Positions 25,187-34,590 of a DNA stretch of 35,811 nucleotides are shown piece by piece. The notes under the pieces are model-generated. The model was not told the DNA's origin, ran no database searches, and saw only the letters and a program-made list of their open reading frames with translations. The first letter of the stretch is position 1. Every line of letters starts with the position of its first letter. The translations under genes were made by a program, and so were the position numbers. Source of the DNA: an uncultured candidatus Brocadiaceae bacterium (GTDB lineage Bacteria; Planctomycetota; Brocadiia; SM23-32); NCBI GenBank assembly GCA_964639345.1, contig CAZXDF010000014.1:1-35811 (forward strand). Direction: 5' to 3'.

Positions 25187-28100
25187 GTGGCGTCGATGCC
25201 CAGCCTTCGCGTCATCGACACCGGCTCGACGGCCGCGCTCGCCCCCGTAACGGAGGAGCCCATCGCGTCCCGCCACGGCGCCCGGGTGCCGATCAAGCGC
25301 CTGGCTTTCCTGTATCACAGCCTGCCGATCGAGCTTCGCCTGAGGGTGGCGCCCGTGCGGCCGCAGGTCGTCGCCACGGCGGTCAGCCACGCGCGGCTCC
25401 AGGCCGGGCTGGTGGAGCTGCTCACCAGAATCAGCTATCGCATCGGGGACGCGCCGCTGGAGCGGCTGCGCATCGGGCTGGATGAGGGACTCATCGTCCT
25501 GGGCGTCTCGGGCAGGGACATACGGATGTGGCGCACGGAGGGCGACGTGCTGGAGGTGCGGCTCAGCAGGCCGGTGAGCGGCGATTACGAGCTTGCCGTG
25601 AACTGCGTCCAGCACCTGCGCAAGGTGGACGGCGTTCTCATCCCGCACGTTCGCGCCCTGGACGCGGAGAGAGAGTCCGGCGCCGTCGGCGTCTCGGCGG
25701 TCGATGAGGTTGCCCTGCTGCATCATCACTCCACGAAGTTCGTGCAGGTCGACGTGGAGGAGTTGCCGGGCTGGGTGAAGGCGCTGGGGCCGAAGCTCGC
25801 ATACGTCTACGATCAGCCGGGCGGCGTGCTCGCCGTCGAATCTTCCCTCATCAAGCCGGTGCTGCACGTGCGCGGATATGCGACGGCGAACGTGGGCGAG
25901 GGCGTCGTGGAGGAGGAGTGCGTGTTTGTCGCCGACGTGGAGAGGCGGCCGGTCTTCGGCTTCCGCCTCCGCATTCCGGCGGGCCTCACGCCCATCAGCC
26001 TGCTGGGCGAGGACGTCGCCGACTGGGAGTTTCATCCGGCCCGGCGGGCCCTCAGCGTTTCGCTGAAGCAGGGGCTCGTCGGCCGCACGCGGCTGCACGT
26101 GTTCTGCGAGCGACGCTGCGGGCTGGACGTTGCCAGCATACCCCTCGGCGGCGTTGCCGTGCTGGATGCGGACGACGTGTCGGGTTGGCTGGGAGTCGGC
26201 ACCGACGCGAACCTCGAGCTGGCGCCGGCCGCGGTCGAGGGCATGATCCCGATGGACATCAAGGACGTGCCGCCGCTGGTGGCGGCCGCCGGCAACCTGC
26301 GGCTTGCCTACCGCTGGGCGGGCGAAGAATGGCGCATGGGCTGCGTGACCCGGCCGGTGCGGCCCCGCCTCGAGGTTGAGACGCGGACGCGCCTGCTGTT
26401 CGGCACGGGGCGGATGCAGGCGCGTACGGAGATAGTATGCAACATCGCAAAAGCCACGCTTGAGGAGCTTCTCATCGCGCTGCCGCCGGGTGCCGTCAAC
26501 CCGCAGATAAGGGGCGAGAACATCCGGAGCCGCGAATTGACCGACGGTCTCTGGCGCATCGGGCTGGCAAGGCCCGTCACGGGCGAGTGGCGGCTGCGCG
26601 TGAGCTTCGAGCAGGTCGCCGACCCGCGCACGGGCGACCTCCGGTTCGCTGGCGTCAGGCTCCCGCAGGCCGAGCGGCAGGCCGGCGTGATCGGCGTATA
26701 TCTGGAGGACCCGCAGGTCGAGGTGAGCGTGTTGAACGCCGACGGCGCGGCCCGCACGCAGACCGCCCCGGACGTTGACGGCGGGGCGCACGCGTTCCTG
26801 GACGCCTACAGGTATTCCGACCCGGCCCGCACAATCGACTTCAAGATGAAGGGCCACGCCATGGTGCGCGGCGTGCAGCTCAGCGCGGAGAAGTGCAGCA
26901 TCGTGACCGTGGTCAAGGAGCGCGGGCAGGCCGTCAACTACATGACGTGCAGCGTGAAGAACGTCGGCGCCCAGTTCTTCCGGATGCGGCTGCCGCAGGG
27001 CGCGGACCTGTGGGGCGCCTACGTCCAGGGCAAGCCCGTGCGCCCCAACAGGCTCCCGGATGGCGACATTCTGATTCCGCTGCTGGAAGCGCCGCGCGGC
27101 AAGCCATTCGACCTGGCCGTCATATGGGCGGAACCGACGGGCAGGCTGGGGCTGGGCGGCTCGCTCGCGCTGGTCGGGCCCGAGCTTGGCCAGCCGGCGG
27201 AGGAGGTGGACTGGGAGGTGAACCTGCCGGAGCGCTACCAACTCGTGCGCGCGCGGGGCAACATGCGCCTCGAGCAGCGTAAGGCCTGGTATCGCGAGGG
27301 GCTGCCGGGAATCCTGTGGCAGCACGTGCGGCGGGCGTGGCCGGTCGTGAAGATTGTTCTGCTCGTGGCTGCGGGGCTTGTCGGGATCGCGCTGCTTTAC
27401 ATCATCGCCCGCGCGCTGCGCCGCCACATGGCCCGCGCAAGGGCGGTGTGGAAAGAGGCCGCTCCCGAGGCCGAGGCGAAGCGCCGCCCGATCCTTGGAG
27501 GGGCTGTGGGAGTCCTGATCATCGTGTTTATCGTGGCGGTGTTCGCCGCCATGCTGATGCCGGCTCTGAGCACGGCAAGGCACGAGGCACGAGAGGCATC
27601 CGCAATGAGCAACCTGCGTCAAACCGGCCTGGGCATGCTGATGTATGCGAACGACCACGGCGACAAACTTCCCCCCTCGCTGGACGTCCTGATAGAAGAA
27701 GGGTACCTAACCCGGAACGCGCCTGTCTCGCCGATGACGGGCGAGAGGTTCATCTATGACCCCACGGTGGAACTGACCGGCGACCTAGCGAGGAAGACGA
27801 TGGCGTGGGACCGTCGCGACCCGAAAGCGGACGGCCAAGCCGTGCTCTTCGCAGACGGCCACGTCGAATGGGTCAAGGCCGAACGTGGCGCCAAGGCGCT
27901 TCGGGGCGTTCCGCTTGGCGGCGTAGAGGGGTGGCGAGAGGACATCGGCGTGACGGCTTCGGGAGGCGTGAGCGTCGATGCATTCCCTGGGTATGAGAAT
28001 GACGCGGACATAGACGGCGCCGGGCGCCCCGACCGTTTGGAGGGTAGCGGCCCCGAGGCGGACTTGGACCTGTCGGGGCCGGCGGCGTCAGCGGAAGATG

Positions 28101-29179
28101 AGGAAGGCGCCAAAAGGATTCACAGTTACAACAAGGCACTGCAACTGGCCGACTCGTACCGAAAGCGGGGCGAATACAGGAAGGCCGAAGGCCAATACAG
28201 GCGGGCCCAGCGCCTGGCACCCGACGACACCCGCGCCAAACAGGGCCTCAGCCGCCTGGAAGAGCTACAGACCATCGCAGAGGACGGGGGAAAAGCGAAG
28301 ATGGCAGCAAAGCCGCCGGTATCGGGTATGCGGCCGCCGGCGCCGCAGGCACCCCCTGCCAAGCCCAAGCCGCGCTGGGAGACATATAGCGTCGGGAGCC
28401 TCATCGCGCAGGCCGGCCAACTGGAAGAAGCAGAAGGAGCCGACTGGGAGGATGACGTCGCAGAGACCGGTACTGAGCGCGGGATACTCGGCCTGGTCTC
28501 TGGCGAGATCAAGAACTTCGACTTTGCTGATGGCGGCAGGGCGGTGCTCGAGGGCGGTGACCTGGTCATCACCGGGCACGCAGAGGTAATCGATGAGGTG
28601 AAGCGTTCCGCGGCCGGGCTGCGGGGCAGGATGCTGGAGAGGACGCGGCAGATCACGGTGAAGAAACTGCAGCAGAAGGCGGAAAGTGCCGCAAAGCGCC
28701 GCGCAGCACTGCGGGATATGGCGCGGGCCAGCCAGCTCAAGACACGCGTCGGCGGCGGGACGATAGTGGGCAACCGCGCGGCGGGGGCCTTGCCGATCGA
28801 GATCGACTTCCCGCGCGTGGGCACGAGGCCGTATCCGTTCCACATGGATTTCGCGGGCACCTCGGTGGCGAGGATCGAGCTGACCTGCCTGCGGGTCGGC
28901 ACGGCGCTGACCGTGCAGGGGCTGATAGGCATCGCGGCCCTGGCGCTGATCGCCCTGACGGGCTGGCATCGCCCCCGGGCGGGGCTGGCGCTGGCCGTCG
29001 GGCTGGTGCTGCTGTCGAGTTTCGTCCTCAAGACCGGTGGCGAGGCCCCCAAACCCTACGCCGTCATGGCGCTTCTGGGGGCCTGCTTTGCGGTCCTGGT
29101 GCCACTTACGCGGCTGCTGGCTGTGGCAAGGCAGCGCGCATGGAATGCCATGGGGAATACGAACAGAGGGACACAATGA
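25187..29179 (+). CDS. Giant repeat envelope protein, copy 1, segment after TAG (units 2-5, TM pair, pseudopilin-like/TPR/secretin-N-like insert, C-terminal TM anchor)
   Basis: 1330-aa ORF in the same frame as 24380..25171, with strong GC3 bias. It has four ~165-aa units, two TM helices (about 27338-27570) and three C-terminal TM helices. Stop is TGA. Confidence 0.7.
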   Translation: MASMPSLRVIDTGSTAALAPVTEEPIASRHGARVPIKRLAFLYHSLPIELRLRVAPVRPQVVATAVSHARLQAGLVELLTRISYRIGDAPLERLRIGLDEGLIVLGVSGRDIRMWRTEGDVLEVRLSRPVSGDYELAVNCVQHLRKVDGVLIPHVRALDAERESGAVGVSAVDEVALLHHHSTKFVQVDVEELPGWVKALGPKLAYVYDQPGGVLAVESSLIKPVLHVRGYATANVGEGVVEEECVFVADVERRPVFGFRLRIPAGLTPISLLGEDVADWEFHPARRALSVSLKQGLVGRTRLHVFCERRCGLDVASIPLGGVAVLDADDVSGWLGVGTDANLELAPAAVEGMIPMDIKDVPPLVAAAGNLRLAYRWAGEEWRMGCVTRPVRPRLEVETRTRLLFGTGRMQARTEIVCNIAKATLEELLIALPPGAVNPQIRGENIRSRELTDGLWRIGLARPVTGEWRLRVSFEQVADPRTGDLRFAGVRLPQAERQAGVIGVYLEDPQVEVSVLNADGAARTQTAPDVDGGAHAFLDAYRYSDPARTIDFKMKGHAMVRGVQLSAEKCSIVTVVKERGQAVNYMTCSVKNVGAQFFRMRLPQGADLWGAYVQGKPVRPNRLPDGDILIPLLEAPRGKPFDLAVIWAEPTGRLGLGGSLALVGPELGQPAEEVDWEVNLPERYQLVRARGNMRLEQRKAWYREGLPGILWQHVRRAWPVVKIVLLVAAGLVGIALLYIIARALRRHMARARAVWKEAAPEAEAKRRPILGGAVGVLIIVFIVAVFAAMLMPALSTARHEAREASAMSNLRQTGLGMLMYANDHGDKLPPSLDVLIEEGYLTRNAPVSPMTGERFIYDPTVELTGDLARKTMAWDRRDPKADGQAVLFADGHVEWVKAERGAKALRGVPLGGVEGWREDIGVTASGGVSVDAFPGYENDADIDGAGRPDRLEGSGPEADLDLSGPAASAEDEEGAKRIHSYNKALQLADSYRKRGEYRKAEGQYRRAQRLAPDDTRAKQGLSRLEELQTIAEDGGKAKMAAKPPVSGMRPPAPQAPPAKPKPRWETYSVGSLIAQAGQLEEAEGADWEDDVAETGTERGILGLVSGEIKNFDFADGGRAVLEGGDLVITGHAEVIDEVKRSAAGLRGRMLERTRQITVKKLQQKAESAAKRRAALRDMARASQLKTRVGGGTIVGNRAAGALPIEIDFPRVGTRPYPFHMDFAGTSVARIELTCLRVGTALTVQGLIGIAALALIALTGWHRPRAGLALAVGLVLLSSFVLKTGGEAPKPYAVMALLGACFAVLVPLTRLLAVARQRAWNAMGNTNRGTQ
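27482..27871 (+). other. Embedded pseudopilin-like domain (prepilin-type hydrophobic helix + H-X9-DG/DUF1559-like end)
   Basis: 'RRPILGGAVGVLIIVFIVAVFAAMLMPALSTARHEAREASAMSNLRQTGLGMLMYANDHG ... VLFADGHVEWV'. This resembles PVC-type pseudopilins ('LLPALS.ARE.AR...C.NNLKQIGLA...Y' and a terminal 'DGHV' motif). It lacks the G/F-T-L-I-E cleavage/methylation site. Confidence 0.6.
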
Positions 29180-29190
29180 GGGAGCGAACG

Positions 29191-31671
29191 ATGAGCAAGA
29201 GGCACTGGTTGTTAGGAGTCGTGCTGGCGGCGATGCTGTGCGGCGGGCTGACGCGCGCCGCCGAGCAGCAGGCGGTATCGGCCGGCGATATTGACGAAGC
29301 CGATGTGGCGGGCGTCCCCGCTGCCCGGGCGGGCCTGGTTCTGACCCAGGCCCTCGCGGAGGGCGCGGTCGAGGATGGGCTGGCCAAGCTGCGCCTGACG
29401 CTCGATGCGCAGTCCTACAGCGACGGGGAACAGCGCGTTCTGCTGCTGCCCGCCGACGTGGCCGTGAGCGACTGGTCCGTCAAGAAGTCGCTGTTCGGTC
29501 CGAAGGCCTACGTCCGCCGCAGCGACCGCGGCGTGGAGTTCGTCATGGTGGGGGATGGCACGTGCCGGCTGCACCTGGACTTCGTGCTTGGGGTCGCGGA
29601 GCAGAAGTCCGTGCGCGCGGTCATACTGCCCATCGTCCCCGCCGTGGTGAGCACGACCCGCCTGAGAGTGCCGGGGACCGACCTGGAGTTCAGCACCGAC
29701 CCGAAGGCCACCGTGGAAACCCGCGCCCTGGCCGACGCGACGATCGTCACGGTCTACGGCGGCGAGGGCACCGTGGCCCTGAGCTGGAAGCCGAAGGTGC
29801 CGGAGAAGGTGCTCGAGGCGGTCGTCTTCGCCAGCCAGGCCATGCGACTTCGGCTGGGCGAGGGGCTCGTGAGGATCGACACGGCGATTGACTACACCAT
29901 CGTGCAGGGCAGCCTCAGCGGGCTCGAGGTCCGCTATCCGGCCGATTGCGCCCTGCTCAACATCGAGGGCGCGGACATCCGGACGTGGGACGTCTCGGAG
30001 CCGCAGGGCGCGGCGCCCAGGACGCTGAAGGTCTCCCTGATGGACGATGTGGAAGGGCACTACCGGCTGACCGTGAGCCTTGAGAAGGTCCTGCCGGAGC
30101 TGCGGGCCGAGTTCGACCTGTCGGCCATCGAGCCGCTGGGCGTCGTCAGGGAGAAGGGCCAGGTGGCGGTCATGGCGGTCAAGGGCATCAGCGTGGAGGC
30201 GGTGTCGCTGGCGAACATCAGCCACGTGGACGTGCGGGAGATGACGGTGCTGCCGGGGATGGCGCGGCAGGATGTGCGGCTGGGTTTCCGGTATCTGAAA
30301 CGCCCCTGGAGCCCGAGGCTGCGCACGGGGGAGGTGGTGGCCAAGACCTCGGTCGAAACCCTGACGACGGTCCGCGCCGGCATGGACACCATGCGTCTGC
30401 TCTCGGACCTGAACTACACCGTCCGGGACGCCGGCGTCTTTCAGTTCCGCGTGCGGCTGGACGAGGGACTGAAGCTGATCGACATCAACGGGGCCAACAT
30501 CAACAACTGGCAGATGGACGAAGCGGGGCGCGTGCTCACCGTGGCGCTGCGATCCAAGGCCGAGGGGCGGTACCGGCTCCAGATAGAGACCGAGATGGAC
30601 AAGCCGGCCGGTGAAGGGGCGGCAGTGCCGGCGGTGCAGGCGCTGGAGGTTGACCGGGCGACGGGCTACCTGGCCATCATCCCCGCGCCCGGGATGAAGG
30701 TGGAAACGGCCTCCCTGTCGGGCATAAGCCAGATCGACGTGAAGGAGCTGCCCGATGAGCTGCTCAAGCTCTCGCCGGCGCTCGCCTACCGCCACATCCG
30801 CCCCGGGTACGGGCTCGCCATCAACGTCACCGAGATTCAACCGGAGGTCCACGCCGAGGTTCAGACGGTCGCCATCCTGGACGAGCACGAGTTGAACCTC
30901 GACACCGAGATCCACTACTCCATCCGACGCGCGGGGATCTTTCAGCTCCGCGTGGCCATCCCGAAGGAGCTGCGCCGCACCAACATCGAGGGGCCGGACA
31001 TCGACGATACCTCGTGGGACGAGGAGCAGGGCATCCTCACGGTGAACCTCCGCTCGAAGGTGACGGGGGCCTACGTGCTGAAGATCGAGACCGAGAAGAC
31101 GCTGGCAGAGATCGGCGAGAGCATGGAAGTGCCGGTCATAAGCACTGCGGGCGTGCGCAAGGAGCGCGGGTTTCTCGCCGTCGTGACCAGGGCGAGCGTG
31201 CGGCTGAAGGCGGCCGAGGGCAAGCTGGTGGGGCTGGACGACGTGGCGGTGAGCGACCTGCCCCCGCAGATGCTGCGGCGCGCGGGGGAGGTGGCGATGG
31301 CGTTCAAGTACTTCGCCCAGCCCTGGGGCCTGGCGTTCGCCGTGGAGCGGATCGACCCTCGCGTGACGGCCGAGGTGTTCAACCTCATCTCGGTCGGCGA
31401 GAAGCTGGTGACGATCAGCGCGACCGTGCAGTACCGCATCCTCCACGCCGGCGTCGACCGGTTCGTGGTGAAGCTGCCGCCGGACGCTGAAGCCGTTGAC
31501 ATCGACGGTGACGCCATCAAGCGCCGCGAAGAGGGCAAGGACGAGGAGAAGGGCATCTGGACCGTCACGCTTCAGTCCAAGCGCACCGGCTCCTATACGC
31601 TCTACGTGAGCTTCGAGCACGAGCTTGCCGAAGACCAGGCCGTGTTCCCCTACGGGGGCCTCCAGGTGTAG
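29191..31671 (+). CDS. Giant repeat envelope protein, copy 2, segment before in-frame TAG (signal peptide, N-terminal module, units 1-4)
   Basis: The ATG at 29191 has GAGGGAG 7 nt upstream. The Sec-type signal peptide is 'MSKRHWLLGVVLAAMLCGGLTRAAEQ'. Unit openings are at about 30145, 30649 and 31156. It ends at TAG 31669-31671. Confidence 0.75.
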   Translation: MSKRHWLLGVVLAAMLCGGLTRAAEQQAVSAGDIDEADVAGVPAARAGLVLTQALAEGAVEDGLAKLRLTLDAQSYSDGEQRVLLLPADVAVSDWSVKKSLFGPKAYVRRSDRGVEFVMVGDGTCRLHLDFVLGVAEQKSVRAVILPIVPAVVSTTRLRVPGTDLEFSTDPKATVETRALADATIVTVYGGEGTVALSWKPKVPEKVLEAVVFASQAMRLRLGEGLVRIDTAIDYTIVQGSLSGLEVRYPADCALLNIEGADIRTWDVSEPQGAAPRTLKVSLMDDVEGHYRLTVSLEKVLPELRAEFDLSAIEPLGVVREKGQVAVMAVKGISVEAVSLANISHVDVREMTVLPGMARQDVRLGFRYLKRPWSPRLRTGEVVAKTSVETLTTVRAGMDTMRLLSDLNYTVRDAGVFQFRVRLDEGLKLIDINGANINNWQMDEAGRVLTVALRSKAEGRYRLQIETEMDKPAGEGAAVPAVQALEVDRATGYLAIIPAPGMKVETASLSGISQIDVKELPDELLKLSPALAYRHIRPGYGLAINVTEIQPEVHAEVQTVAILDEHELNLDTEIHYSIRRAGIFQLRVAIPKELRRTNIEGPDIDDTSWDEEQGILTVNLRSKVTGAYVLKIETEKTLAEIGESMEVPVISTAGVRKERGFLAVVTRASVRLKAAEGKLVGLDDVAVSDLPPQMLRRAGEVAMAFKYFAQPWGLAFAVERIDPRVTAEVFNLISVGEKLVTISATVQYRILHAGVDRFVVKLPPDAEAVDIDGDAIKRREEGKDEEKGIWTVTLQSKRTGSYTLYVSFEHELAEDQAVFPYGGLQV

Positions 31672-31719
31672 GAGGTCCAGCGCGAGACCGGGTACCTGGC
31701 CATCACGTCCCGGCCGGAC

Positions 31720-32910
31720 GTGGAGCTCGCGGTCCCGGACTCCGACGTCGAGGGCCTCACGCCCATAGACAGCCGCGAGATCCCAGCGAGCTACATGCGC
31801 GGCGTCACTCTGCCGGTGCTGCTGGCCTACCGCTACGTATCGCATCCGTACACGATCCGAATGGGCGCGATGCCTCACGCGGCGGCCGACGTCACCGTGG
31901 CCGTGGTGGAGAGCGCCCACCTGAGCACCATCATCACCGAAGAGGGCAACATGATCACCGACATGGCGTGCACGCTGCGCAACAGCCGCCAGCAGTACCT
32001 CCGCCTGAAGCTGCCCGAGAGGATCTGGCACGCCTTCGTGGACAACAAACCCGTCATGCCCCTGATCGACGGCGAGATAACCAAGATACCCGTCGCCCGG
32101 GCCGCTGGGAGCAGCGCCTCTTTCGTGGTGAGGCTGCGCTACAGCCAGGAGCGCGACTCGCTCGGACGGGTCGGCTCCATCCGGCTGGAATCGCCCTTCG
32201 AAGGGATCGACGTGATGAGGCTCGGCTGGAAGCTTTCGCTCCCCGACGGCTATGAGGTTGTGCGGGACCTGGGGAACATCCGTATGTTGGAGGACCCCCG
32301 CCTCCTGGAGGCCGACATCAAGGGGCTGAAGCCGGACATGGAGGTTCAGGTGCGCCTTGAGCGTGACCGGAGCATTCAGGAACAGGGAGGCGAGCAGTAC
32401 GAGTGGAACTGGCAAGCGCAGCGCAAGATACAGCAGGACGCCGGAGGCAAGGGCCGCCAGGTCGGCATCTACACCGGCAGCAAGCCTAGCCAGGGGAACG
32501 TCTTCGTATTCCAGAGCCTCATCCTGACCGGCGAAGAGGCGGCCTGGGTCGGGGGCCAGTATGTGAAAGGCTCCATGGCCATCCCGCTCAAGGGCGTCCT
32601 GGCGATCCTGGTGGCCGCTCTGTGCGGACTCGCCTGGCGTCGGCTGACCTGGCCGCCAGCGGGGCGGGTGGCCGTGCTGGCCGGGGCTGCCGTGGTCCTG
32701 CTCGGCGTGCGCACGCTTGCTGAAGGCGCCTACCGCAGCTACCTCACGACGGTCATCCTGTCCATGCTCGTCGTGGCTGCGGCGTTGGCGCTCTACACCG
32801 CCGGCACGTGGCTGCGCGAGGCATGGACGCGCCGGCGCATCGCCCGGGATGCAAAGGCGATCAGCCGCGAGCAGGCCGAACCGCCCGCAGCGCAGCCCGC
32901 GCCCGAGTAA
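31720..32910 (+). CDS. Giant repeat envelope protein, copy 2, segment after TAG (unit 5 + three-TM anchor)
   Basis: This ORF is in the same frame as 29191..31671. The first canonical start is the GTG at 31720. The 16 codons from 31672 ('EVQRETGYLAITSRPD') already match the unit-opening motif, so the real coding region probably begins at 31672. Stop is TAA. Confidence 0.65.
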   Translation: MELAVPDSDVEGLTPIDSREIPASYMRGVTLPVLLAYRYVSHPYTIRMGAMPHAAADVTVAVVESAHLSTIITEEGNMITDMACTLRNSRQQYLRLKLPERIWHAFVDNKPVMPLIDGEITKIPVARAAGSSASFVVRLRYSQERDSLGRVGSIRLESPFEGIDVMRLGWKLSLPDGYEVVRDLGNIRMLEDPRLLEADIKGLKPDMEVQVRLERDRSIQEQGGEQYEWNWQAQRKIQQDAGGKGRQVGIYTGSKPSQGNVFVFQSLILTGEEAAWVGGQYVKGSMAIPLKGVLAILVAALCGLAWRRLTWPPAGRVAVLAGAAVVLLGVRTLAEGAYRSYLTTVILSMLVVAAALALYTAGTWLREAWTRRRIARDAKAISREQAEPPAAQPAPE

Positions 32911-33054
32911 TCCGGGGCGGCGCGATCTGTCGTTCGCTTGGAGCAGGCCCGGAACCCGCCTATACTAATATGGGCTGGCACGGCCGGCCGCGCGACGGCC
33001 CCTGCCGGTGTTCGTTGTGATGCGCATTCTCCCCTGCTTACGATTGGTCATGCG

Positions 33055-34305
<1,251 letters not shown>

Positions 34306-34335
34306 GTCTGCGCACCGAGAACGCGGACCTCCTCG

Positions 34336-34542
34336 CTACTCCCGCACTGCTTGAATTGTGATCTTACGATCCGCACTCCATAGGGAGCGGGACGCCTCCT
34401 CGTGGATTTCAAAGGATTTGACCTTCTCGGACCGACGAATGTCACCGATCACATTCGGATAGCTGTGCACTTTGGGCGGTGCGCACCCCAGCCCAAAGGT
34501 TGCAACAGCAATCGCCGCCACTACACAACCTAACCTACGCAT
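34336..34542 (-). CDS. Small putative lipoprotein (lower GC)
   Basis: 68 aa. The hydrophobic N-terminus ends in 'TFGLGC'. No family recognised. Confidence 0.4.
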   Translation of the reverse strand: MRRLGCVVAAIAVATFGLGCAPPKVHSYPNVIGDIRRSEKVKSFEIHEEASRSLWSADRKITIQAVRE

Positions 34543-34590
34543 GGCACCCTCCTCTTCACAGAGCTCGATACCTCATACGGCACAGAACGC

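Noticed and set aside
27482-27570. A genuine cleavable type IV prepilin signal inside copy 1
   Set aside because: The hydrophobic helix lacks the G/(F,M)-T-L-I-E processing and methylation motif, having no Glu at +5. It is also located about 770 residues into the ORF, so it is better read as a pilin-derived TM helix.
24299-27658. 1119-aa ORF on the minus strand antisense to giant-protein copy 1, and likewise the 1067-aa ORF 29212..32415 antisense to copy 2
   Set aside because: These are Arg/Gly/Pro/Ala-rich low-complexity translations typical of the antisense frame of GC3-biased genes. They show no motifs and no repeat periodicity, while the plus-strand frames show clear paralogy and domain signatures.
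25169-31671. Genome-wide reassignment of TAG (alternative genetic code or global amber suppression) as the explanation for the two in-frame TAGs
   Set aside because: TAG terminates rbr, porA, porB, tatA, icd and the lipoyl-domain gene at positions consistent with the normal C-termini of those families. TAG is therefore a functional stop in this organism, and any readthrough would have to be local.
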